NCBI RefSeq assembly: GCF_032191835.1
Contig: NC_083229.1
Span: forward strand, 134,602,001 to 134,666,000
Source: Heteronotia binoei
Taxonomy: Eukaryota
Direction: 5' to 3'
Length of the DNA: 64,000 nucleotides
Below the pieces are notes generated by a model. That model made no database searches, had not been told where the DNA came from, and was given only the letters and a program-made list of their open reading frames with translations. The position numbers were made by a program, and so were the translations under genes. How positions within the stretch are numbered: the stretch's first letter is position 1; each line of letters starts with the position of its first letter. Shown here in pieces: positions 49,052 to 60,322 of this stretch.

Positions 49052-50862
49052 CTTGGATCACTTCGACGCGCTCAGTCTTGGGGAAGTCGACGAAGTCCTC
49101 TCAACTGTACGCCCTACAACTTGCGACCTTGACCCATGCCCCTCCTGGCTAATTAAATCTTGCCAGAGGGAGCTTAGATATCCTATACGGGATATCATAA
49201 ATAGATCCCTCTTGGAAGGGCAATTCCCAACATCTTTGAAAGAGGCCATGGTCCGCCCTCTCCTAAAAAAGAGTACAGCAGATCCGGCCGAATTGGCAAA
49301 TTATCGACCGGTCTCGAACCTACCATTTTTAGGTAAGGTTATAGAGAGGGCAGTGGCGTCACAGTTGCAGGGTTTTTTGGATGACACTTCCGCCTTAGAC
49401 CCTCACCAGTCCGGCTTCCGTCCGGGCTATGGGACGGAGACAGTGCTGGTCGCCTTGGTGGATGACCTCCAGCGGCATCTGGATCGAGGCGGCGTGGCGG
49501 TGCTGATATTGTTGGACCTGTCGGCCGCATTTGATACGGTCGATCATCAGCTACTGGCCCGCCGGCTCGCCGACGCGGGGATTGGGGGATTGGCCTTACA
49601 GTGGCTTTCCTCCTTCCTCGAAGGACGGGGACAAAGGGTGGCCATTGGGGGGGAGCGGTCCCGGAGGCACCCACTAGTATGTGGGGTGCCACAAGGGGCA
49701 GTTCTCTCCCCGATGTTGTTTAACATTTATATGCGCCCCCTTGCCCAGACTGCCCGGAGGTTTGGGCTTGGGTGCCACCAATACGCTGATGACACCCAGC
49801 TCTATCTACTAATGGATGGCCGGCCTGGCTCCGTCCCAGAAAGCCTGGACTTAGCACTGCAAGCCGTGGCAGGTTGGCTCAGACTGAGCGGGCTGAAGTT
49901 AAATCCAACGAAGACAGAGGTCCTTTGCTTGGGTCGCGGTGCCCTGGGAAGGGAAATCCCTTTGCCGGTCCTTGACGGTGTGCAGCTTAAAGCGGCACAT
50001 AAGGTCAAGAGCCTGGGGGTTCTTCTGGAGCCTTCATTATCAATGGAGGCACAGATAGCGGCCGCTGCCAAGTCCGCGTTTTTTCATCTTCGACGGGCAA
50101 AGCAGTTGGCCCCCTTCCTGGAGCGCCGTGACCTAGCAATGGTGATCCATGCTACGGTCACCTCGAGACTGGACTACTGCAACGCCCTCTACATGGGGCT
50201 GCCCTTGTGTCGAACTCGGCGGCTGCAGCTGGTGCAGAACGCGGCGGCTAGGCTGTTGCTGGGGCTCCCAAAGTGGGAGCACATACAGCCGGGGCTGCGC
50301 GGGCTGCACTGGCTGCCAGTGGTATACCGAGTTCGCTACAAGGTGCTGGTTATCACCTTTAAAGCCCTATATGGCCGAGGACCTACCTACCTGAGGGACC
50401 GTCTCTCCCCATATGAGCCCCAGAGGGCACTGAGGTCATCTGGGAAAAACCAGTTGAATATCCCTGGGCCAAGGGAGGCCAGACTGAAGGCCACCCGGGA
50501 TCGGGCCTTCTCGGTCGTCGCTCCATTATTGTGGAACCAACTCCCCGAGGAGATGAGGGCCCTAAGATGTTTAGATCAATTTCGTAGGGCCTGTAAGACC
50601 CACCTTTTCAAGGTGGCCTTCAACTAGCGATAGAATCAGCAATAAAGCTAGGTATGCTGCTGGAAATGTTTTTATTATCTGATGTTACGAAATCTAATGT
50701 TTACAACGCCATATTGTTATGTTAATTTTAATAATTTATAACTGTTTTAACCATGTTTTTATAATGTAAACTGATGTAATGTGTATTTTATGCTGTGAGC
50801 CGCCCTGAGCTTGCTTCGGCGGGGAGGGCGGGATAGAAATAAAAAATTATTATTATTATTAT
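49052..50862 (+). mobile_element. Young 5'-truncated L2 with uninterrupted RT-to-C-terminus frame (to 50627) and (ATT)n tail
   Basis: QSGFRPGYGTET, DLSAAFDTVDH, GVPQGAVLSP, YADDTQLY with no stops; CpG-rich. Confidence 0.95.
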
Positions 50863-51251
50863 AATCATTTTTTCTAAATATCAGAAACTTTCAATATGAA
50901 GTTTGGATGTCTTTAAAAAGCAAAACAGAATGCAAAAACAAGACAGGTCTGAGGCCCCTTAAAGCCTTTACAGGCAGGACACATCTGACGGAGGGGGCTC
51001 TAGCCCACACAATAAAGATGGCAGTTTTGGAGGGAGCCCTGTTGGTCTGCAGAGGAACAGCGAGGCTCGGGTCCAGCAGCACTGGAGAGACCGGCCAGAT
51101 TTTGGGGAGGCAAAGCTCCCTTCGCCCGATAGAATGACTCTGGAGCCCCCCCCCCCCGGTGCCCCAGGGCTTTTGGCTGCTTTTCCTACAGCGGATTTGT
51201 CCTCAGCCCCTCTGGAGAGTGTCCCATGTCAAGCATAGCCCAGAGACTCAC

Positions 51252-51499
51252 TTCATTGTTCCATCGGGGTTCTCAGCGGAGACTGCACTGGTGTGCCCCA
51301 GGACATAGCCGGGGATCCAGCCCTCGGCTGCGGGGCACTGGTCAGTGGCGGCTCGGAACACCAAAAACATGTTCTGTTGGTTGCTGGCTAGAATTTGCAC
51401 GACCTCTCCTTGGTAGACATTAATCTCATCCTCCTTCACTGCCGTATAATCGTGTGTCACCAGCATGGTGGAGATATTGCTACTGCTGCTACTTTCACT
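51252..51499 (-). CDS. TRIO: TRIO SH3-2 exon, SESSSSSNISTMLVTHDYTAVKEDEINVYQGEVVQ..ENPDGTM(K)
   Basis: 248 nt, phase 0/2. Confidence 0.97.
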
Positions 51500-54090
51500 C
51501 TGTGGATTAACAAATTCAGTGTAAGGGGAGAAAAAAGGGAAAAATTTAGACAGATACAAAGCAAGCATCTATGTTCCACAACATCAGTATGACTGAGATA
51601 TATCCATCTCAATAAACCTAAGTTTAGGCTAACTTTCACCAAAGATAGAAACTTGGTTTGCATGAAGCTAGTAATCGAAGAGAAAAGAGTTTCCTGCTAT
51701 CTGGTAAACGGAGCCTTTATATATGATCGCCAACATAAGAGGACAACAGAGCAGGCATTCTAAATGCAATTGTGATTTCTGTGTCTGTATACTAATTGCT
51801 TGGTTTCCTTCCTGAAGAAGCATTACAGGAAAGCTGACGTGTTGGGCTGGAAGAACCAAAGATTAGCATTGACAAACTCTGCTTCCATTTTAAAAGATGC
51901 CTGCCTGCAAATTATTAAGTCCTCTTCAAGTTCTGCCGTTACTGGGTCTGTCCAGATAAGACCCCTGGCTTAAGGCAGAGGTGGGGAAAAATGCTGGTCT
52001 TGCTAACTCAAGAGGAGAAAAGTGGAACCGAAGTCCACAACCATTAAGCCACCCCACTGCCCCCACATTCCAGCTTCTCCTCCCCGAGACATCCTCTGCT
52101 TAGCCTGCCAACCCATTTCGGCTACACGAATGGATGAGAAACACTGGAGTCCGAAACAGATATAGGCTGAAAGCTACAAATTTGCTCATTTAAGTTGCAA
52201 TCAAAGTTTGTGGAGAATTTACAACAAAATTGTTCCATGCAACTGTCTTGGAGACAGGATGTGGCCACCCCCTTACTCTCCCCCTCAATACCTGGGGAAA
52301 AAATTCAACAAAGAAGCAATATTTTGCTAATTTTGACATTCTTCTCACCACTGGCATAATTCCCATTGCAAACATTAAGTTCTGAGTTGCCAAGTAGAGT
52401 TTCCAACTCCAGGACATGGAGAAAAGGAAACTGTTGGAATGCGCAGATGTCTAAAGACACTCCCTTCCCAAACAATTGCGAATTTGAGACACTTCAATCT
52501 TTTGAACAAACTTTGAGTCCAATGGAAACTTAAAGACCAACAATGTATAATTCTGGGTGTAAGCTTTTGTGTGCACGCAACGAACTGATGCTTAGTATAA
52601 GCTTTCACGTGTGCATGTGTACGGAAGCTTCTACCCAGAATGAAACTTGGTGGGTCTTAAAGGTGCTGCTGGACTCAAACTTTGTTCTGCTCCTTCAGAC
52701 CAACATGGCTGCCCAGCTGCATCTATATCATCTAATGCTTCACCCATCTTTGATGCTTTAGCAGGAAAGACATGACACTTGGCTCCCATTGTGCCAGAGA
52801 TTAACACTAACAAAACATAATGTTTTCTTTAAGAGGCCCTTTTTCTTAATGGCAACTGAAAGCCTGCTTATCCTAGCAGCCAAGCTAACTTTTCTCTAAG
52901 CGAAGGAAACCATTTAAGGAGGAAAGCCCAAGCCAAATCAAATACAAATCATGGAAGTTCAAACAGGAACAGGCATGCAAAGCAGAACTCTGACTCTAAA
53001 ACTATGAACAAGAAGTATAAAAAGAGGAAGTCTCGAGAGTGCTACATGGTTAAAAAATCCAAAGAGTGCATGCTTCCAAGAAAGGTTCTGAAGGCCGTGA
53101 CCTGCAATTTGTGTTGTGCTGAAGCTATCAAGGGAGGTAAAGAGGACACGGACACCTGAATGAGGGGAGGGGAGGAGGAGATACCAACCCCAGAGCTAGA
53201 ATGTGCCCATCACACTCCCAGTCCCACCCAGTGCTCCTTCTCAGGGGCCTGCAGGTGTCCTGTGAATGCCGTGTGGTCTATCCAGGCAGGCTGTGGGCTG
53301 GCTGGTCTCCTCTGAGCACTGGAGACAGCAAAGCATCTCAGGTCTTCTAGCTTTGGGGCAACTGTCGCAGCCTTTTAGCTGTGTCTTGCTTACCAGCACT
53401 CTGATGCTAGAAGGTTCCAGGACTAGGTATGCATATTAAAGACAACAGATCAGCAAAATGCTGTGGTGCAACTAGGTTACAAAAAGCAGAGACGGGAGCT
53501 TGGAGGGGTAGCTGGCTAGCTGAATGTGAGCCCTGGAGAGGCAGCTGCCCTCTGAATGCCAGTTGCTGGTGCCAACAGAGAGGGAGGGAGGGCTGCCAAA
53601 TTCAGGCCCAGCTTGTGAACTTTCCAGAGGGTCCCCGTTGGAACAAGGATGCTGGTCTGACTCAGCAGGGCCATCGTTATGTGTGTGCTTGCATGTCGAT
53701 GCCAAAGGAGTAAGTTCTGAACTGTTCTGCAGGGGAAATACATAATAAGCTGAGATCTGCTACGGTGGCCGTCCACAGCATGTTAAAATGTCTGCCTTCA
53801 TGTTAGATGGGAGAAAAGCCAAGAGCAAGTTAGTAGAAGTCAGACTAGCATGGTTTTTTAAAAATAATTCAGCAGAGGCAGGAATCACATTTAGAGAGGG
53901 TTAGAAGGCTTTCCTGTGTGTCTACACCCACACACAGACCCTGAGGCTGGAGCAGTTGATTATTATTTCAGAGCAGTGATGCAGCACCGGAGAGTCAGAA
54001 GTTAGTATGCAGAGTGATGGCCGCGCAGAGGAGGGGCAGCACGGGAAGGTGTTTAGAGAGCCGGCAGGACAGAAGCGCTCCGTCTCTTAC

Positions 54091-54836
54091 CCCGTTGCTC
54101 TGGGTGGAGTGTACTGACTGTTCGCTGGTCGAGGAACATGTGCTCATGCGGTCTGTGTCCTTGCTGTGCGAAGAGAGGCGGTGCACCTGGCGCTGGAGGG
54201 AGTCGCTGTCCCCAGGAAACGTGAAGGAGCCGGGGCGGCTGGCGGGGGATGCCGGGATCGAGCTCCAAAAGGAGCCCTTCTGCAGGGGGCTGCTGGGGGG
54301 GAAGACTTCCTTGCCAAAAGGAGAAGGGAAAGCAGTCGCCGGAGAGTTTATTGGCGAGACGGCTCCAGGCCTGGATTTCCCCAGGGTCAAGGATCCAAGG
54401 CTGCTCCTCGAATGGGTCTCCTCAGAATTGCCACGGAGCTCCCTTTGATCTGCATCTGCTGAGCCCAGAGCTCCTCTCCGTGTCTTCTGGGGGCTCTCTG
54501 CTGCTTTCGTCTTTGCCATCTTCTCTGCTTCTCTCTCGGGGCCATTCTGCTGTGCATTTGCTGGGTGTCTGCCTATCTGGCTAAGGCCAGCCTCTAGGGT
54601 GGTGATGTGGGGAGGCAGCAGGGAGGAACTGGGAGCGGACGTACCTGACATCTTGTCTGCCTCTGCCTGGGCGGAGGCTGCAGAGGAGACCAGGACTGGG
54701 GAATGGTGCCGGACGGGCTGTGGGATCCGGGAAGGCCTGCTGCGGCTGGAGCTGGGGATGCCAGGGCAGCTGCTGCTGTTGCCGCTTCCACCAGGGCCAC
54801 TGTGGTTCCTCTGGTACTCAATGGGTGACGTCAAGG
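54091..54836 (-). CDS. TRIO: TRIO large Ser/Pro-rich exon, (A)LTSPIEYQRNHSG..STCSSTSEQSVHSTQSNG
   Basis: 746 nt, ccccag acceptor, gtaaga donor, phase 1/0. Confidence 0.96.
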
Positions 54837-56269
54837 CTGGGGCAGCAATGGGCAAAGATGGAGAGCAATTAGAATAGACAGTGCAGAGCAATTTGATGCT
54901 GGTTTTCAAACAACAACCACTCCAAAAAGTCATTCACTCCTCTTCAGAGAAGGGAACAAAACCCAGAAGCTAATCCTCATGTACCACATCAGAATTTTTT
55001 TTTTTTTTTTAAATTGTCATCTAAAATTCTTGATTCCGCCCAACCCCCCCTCTAGTGACATTTTAGCTACTGCTGTGACAGGTGAATAAACACATTTAGC
55101 TGCAGGGGGACAGATGCAGTCCAACCAGTGTTGTTCAATATTACTTGCTTGGAATGGAATGAAATTTCTCTTCTCAATATTGGTATAGAGAGAGTTTTAT
55201 TTCAAAAAGTGTTAACAAAGAATAAAATGTTTATTGAATTAACTGAACACAAAATGATTAACGGGACATAAAAAGTCTGAATTAACCGAACAGAAAATGT
55301 TGACTGAATTAACTGAACACAAGCAATTCTTTGTCACTAAAAAGGTATATCAATTGCTGAAGCATCATAAAAATCAGGAAATACTGAAAGAGAAGCAGTA
55401 CCTTTAAAAATGGAGGGAAACAACAGACCAAGAAATGACAATATAAACATGTGGAAATTGCGTTTGTGTGTGTGGGCTGATCCAGTGGTACCCTGGTGCC
55501 ATAATGGAAGGGGGTCCCTCCAATGGAAACTTCCCACTTAGTAGAAGAGAACTGTTGTTTCCTCCATGCTGTTATTTATGGTATACAGCAATGCAGCATT
55601 TTCACAAAATTGATCAAAGACACAGCTCAGTTTTGAAAGATACGATGTTCTCTCCATTCACACACACTGGGAACAGTTAGGGAGTTAGTCCCATGTGCAT
55701 AATGCCTTTGGGTTATGTCTTTTAAAAAGTGGTGTCTAAAGGACTAGTTATTCAAACCTTTAAAGCAAGCTAATAGTAAATATATCACCATTTTAATTAT
55801 AACACACTTTAAAAGCAACACAATACCACTTACAAAAGAAATACTATCCCAACTGTGTGGCACATGGCTATTTCTCTTGAGCAGTTTGGCATGAACAGAT
55901 AAAGGTACTGGAAAACTGGCTCCTTCCATCATTATGTTAAAGAAAGTCAACATGAATTAATCAAAGGTGATTTGTGATGGCTGCTTATCCAAATGCAGTT
56001 ATCTGAACACTGGGGCTCTAATTCTCATGCTGAAGAATGCCAATAATTTGTGTGGATTGAAAGATGAAATTCTTAAATGGCTGCCTGTTTACTTCAAAGT
56101 AGGATATCTGTAAATTTTAAACTAAATAAGACATGGAACATTATTCAGTAATCCACATCTCAAAAACAGGAAGGACAGGATAGGCTGTAAAAAGAGGAGT
56201 CTGGATGCTGCATTCCTAATTATACACGAGGCAGAATCAAGGCCCCCTTCAAACACAGCTCAGGTTTAC

Positions 56270-56447
56270 CATTTAGAAAATTACGCTGGTTTTCCAAGAT
56301 TTGGTTGATTTCATGGATCCACATCTGGCGGACTCCGGGACTGGTGGAATGCAAAACAAAAGTCTCCACAGCATCTCCTCCTCGTGACGTTAGTGCAAAT
56401 TTACATGGATCGTTGTCTATGTTTTCCTCCAAGCAAAGGCCACTCAC
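56270..56447 (-). CDS. TRIO: TRIO PH2 exon, VSGLCLEENIDNDPCKFALTSR..QILENQRNFLN(A)
   Basis: 178 nt, phase 0/1. Confidence 0.96.
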
Positions 56448-56569
56448 CTTAATTAGAAAGGGGAACAAAATGCATTAAAAGATTTTTATCTCCAAGGATA
56501 AAAGTTGCTGCTTCTGCTGCTGCCGTCATCATCATCATTGTCCCATCCTGGCTTAGTCCAGGTTCTGGA

Positions 56570-57480
56570 TGATGTACATCAAGTAAAAATACAAGTACAT
56601 ACACAGGTAAACTGACATATCAATACAAATTGAGCAATAAAATTACAAAACCCCTGATGATATCTTGCTAATACAGTTCTTCTTCCAGAATATTGGAGCA
56701 TGCGGGAGGAAAGGAAAGGAAGGTGCCGGCCATCACTGTCCTCAGTCCAAAGCCTGGCAGAACAGCTCTGCCTTACAGGCCCTGTGGAATTGCTTGGGTG
56801 TCATCTGGCAGAGAGTTCCACCAGGTTGGGACCAGGACTGAAAAAGCCCTGGCTCTTGCCGAGGACAGCAGGACCTCTTTAGGGTAGGGATCATCAGCAG
56901 GTTGCAACCAGCAGTGCGTAATGCTCTCCCAGGGACATAATGGAGGAGATGGTTGATTCATTCATCCCCATGCTGAGGAGCAAATCTAAGGTGTGGCCTG
57001 CTTGATGTGTGGGACCTGAAACAATCTGGTAGAGTCCCAGCGCTGCCATGAAAGACACCAGGTCTGAAGCCTAGACGGAAGCAGCAGATCCAGCTGCGTG
57101 GACACTGAAGTCCCCAAGGATTAATAACTGTGGGAACTCCAAGGCCCACCCAGCAACCACCTCCATCACGCTCAGAAGGCTGCCCGCTGGTGCACTAGGT
57201 GGTTGGTACACCAGACAGACGGCCGTACTCACTTGGGCATCCCACACTAGGCCGACACACTCAATCCTGGTGATCTCTGGGATGGGGAGTGGCTTGAAGG
57301 AGAAGCCTCCCGGATGATCAGCGCCACTCCATCCCCCTCCTGCCCTCAAGTTTGAGACTGATGAAGGACCAAGAAACCTGGTGGGGCCAGTTCTTTCAGG
57401 GCAACTGTCTTGCCTTCCTGTTCCCAGGTCTCGGTCACCCAGGCCAGGTCCATATTCTGACCTGCAAGATAATCTTGCAG
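56570..57480 (-). mobile_element. Internally deleted L2: APE N-terminal part joined to 3' end
   Basis: DLAWVTETW, IECVGLVW, LILGDFSVHA on minus at 56960-57450; ARARAFSVLVPTWWNSLP at 56780-56870. Confidence 0.75.
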
Positions 57481-58652
57481 TATCCTGGTTTTATTATGTA
57501 TGGACCTGGACTGCACAGCAGCAATGCTGAAGAGGAGTTAACAATCCGAGCCTCTATGCAAGCATTTCTTGGGACGGGATGAAGGTTGGAAAGGGACCGA
57601 GCATATCCAGATCTCCACCTCCTTCCATACCAAGACCTTCTCCCACTGTCAGGCACCCAAGAGGGTCGCAGAGTCCATCTCCTCCCCCTTCTTTCACCTC
57701 CCACCCACCACTGGTATCTGGAATACAACCAAATTAACCCACAATATATTCTAAAATACAATCAGTAGATAACAATAAGACAACTAATTAGATAATAACA
57801 ACTTCCCCTTAATATTGCCACCCAAAGCGCTCTACTCACTAGCCCCTCCCTCCCACTAACAAGACTAACAAACTTTATACGATGGGGGGGCGGAACTTCC
57901 CACTTACCATCAATTTGTCGAATTATCTGACCTATAGCAAAACATAAGTGGTTTTGAAAAAAATCCCAGCTGCACCAATTGATGGTACAACCGGTTCTTA
58001 GTCTTTGGAAATAAAAATCCAACCAGCCCACTGGATTCTAGTGCTGGACTCCAAATGAGAGTGATCTTCAGCCCCCTTCCTCTCCAATTCTCTTTACTGC
58101 TTACTCCCAACTCCAAATCATTAATTTGGAGTTGGGAGTAAGCAGTGAAGTGGCCAAGTTTGCAGATGACACTAAATTGTTCAGGGTGGTGAGAACCAGA
58201 GAGGATTGTGAGGCACTCCAAAGGGATCTGTTGAGGCTGGGTGAGTGGGCGTCAACATGGCAGATGAGGTTCAATGTGGCCAAGTGCAAAGTAATGCACA
58301 TTGGGGCCAAGAATCCCAGCTATAAATACAAGTTGATGGGGGTGTGAACTGGCAGACACTGACCAAGAGAGAGATCTTGGGGTTGTGGTAGATAACTAAA
58401 TGAAAATGTCAAGACAGTGTGCGATTGCAATAAAAAAGGCCAACGCCATGCTGGGAATTATTAGGAAGGGAATTGAAAACAAATCAGCCAGTATCATCAT
58501 GCCCCTGTATAAATCGATGGTGCGGTCTCATTTGGAATACTGTGTGCAGTTCTGGTCGCCGCACCTAAAAAAGGACATTATAGCATTGGAGAAAGTCCAG
58601 AAAAGGGCAACTAGGTTTGGAACACTTTCCCGATGAAAAAAGGTTAAAACGC

Positions 58653-60322
58653 GGGGGGAGTGGCTTTGACCAACATCCGGTCAAGAGCCTTTGCCTAATG
58701 CTCGCCCAGCTGGCTCCAAAGTTATATTGTTTGTACCCCTTCAACTATATTTTTTGAACCTTTGAGTGATGTCTCCAAAAGGGGTGAAGAAGGATAAACA
58801 GAAGGGAAAAAGCGTTCAGCTTTTAACTGACTTTTTGGAATTGCCATCCACCTCCCACACAAGGTTGGAGAGATACGAGGAACCAGCAGGAGGAGAATGT
58901 CCTCTCACATTGAATTTATTGACACAGACAATGTCTAAGTTAAGACAAGAAATACGAGAGGACATAACCTCTATGTTACAACCGTTGTGTCAGCGTCTGG
59001 ATGAACTACAGGATTCTCATAAACAAGTTACCCAAACAGCACAAGAAGCTTTAAAAAGAGCTCAAGAGTGTGAAGGGAGAATATCTGAAATAACATCAGA
59101 TGCATGGACGAGGGAACGGGTTTTAACAATGGACTTTCGTAACCGGGAGCTGTGTTTAAAGTTTAGAGGTTTTAAATCTGATGTGGAAGTTGAAATGGAC
59201 TTATATGTATTTATGGCAAATTGGCTTGCTGAAGCAACTCACCTGGAGGCCGAAGTTTCCCCACTCATTCAAAAAGCATATCGTGTTGGCAAGGTATGTA
59301 AAGACAATTTGTCTTATACCAGAGATATTTTGGTGCAGTTTAAGGACTATCGTATGAGGCAAAGAGTCTTTGAAGACCAGGGAGAGGGGAGGCTTGGACT
59401 ATCAGGGGTTAAAGATTCAGGTCTTTCCGGCTCTCCCTCCTGAATTTTTAAGAATCAGAAGAGACCTCAAGGATACAACTGCCAAACTGCAGGACTTAAA
59501 ATTAAATATAAATGGCTACAATCAGGCAAATTATATGTCCAAAAAGGCTCCACTTCATATATAGCATATGACGCAGCCTCGGGTGAATTATTACTCTCCA
59601 AGTTAACTCCCTCCTCCCCTGCATCGAGAGTAAACGAGAGAAAGGAATGCTCTCCTCTCGTCTTTTTAAGGACAACCCGTGCTTGTACTGAGGAAGATCA
59701 TGTAAACTTGGAAGAAAGTATGGATTCTATCTAAAAAGAAACTGAAGCAACAAGAAAATGGAAAAGTTGACGAAATTTATAATTTATATCTAAAGACTTT
59801 TCTTTCGGAATTTATGGTTGGGTGGGGTCAGCTGGTGCAAACATTTGGGTAATTTCCCTCCATAGCTAATTCAGTCCAGGTGGAAGGAGGGACTATCTCT
59901 TCTAGACCTTAACCTTTGAGGTCTCCAGGGACTGAGCTATTTTGTTAGAATTTAATTTTATGGATTTTTTTTTAGAGTAGACAGAATAATGAAGTTATAG
60001 AAGAAGGAAATATTGAATGATTGTGGTATTAAATTTTAAAAATGTGTTAGGGAAGATAGTATTGTTAAGCTTAATTATTCCTTTACTAAAAAAAAGGAAA
60101 AAAATAATAAAAAATATAAATAGACATACATATATACATATTAAGAAGTGTGGAATGGTAACACATGAAGTAATCTCCAAAGAGATAGATCAACTTTAGT
60201 TTATGTTAACTCAGGTGAGATGTTATTAAGTTGTGTTGTTTTTGATTTGTTATTGTTGTACACTTTTCTGTTGGAATAGGTATGAATTATAATGAATCTA
60301 TAATAAAATTTTGTTTTATAAG
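58653..60322 (+). mobile_element. ORF1-only L1-like (half-L1/HAL1-like) retroelement with TSD
   Basis: TSD aaaggttaaaacgc at 58639-58652 and 60323-60336; G-rich 5' end; L1 ORF1p-like frames; AATAAA at 60302. Confidence 0.75.
58766..59564 (+). pseudogene. L1 ORF1p-like (coiled coil, RRM, CTD) with one frameshift near 59390
   Basis: heptad-rich N-terminus, FRNRELCLKFRGF, IQKAYRVG, TRDILVQF, then GLKIQVFPALPPEFLRIRRDL in the next frame. Confidence 0.7.

Noticed and set aside
54014-54877. Plus-strand ORFs of 92-144 aa
   Set aside because: Antisense shadows of the GC-rich TRIO exon.
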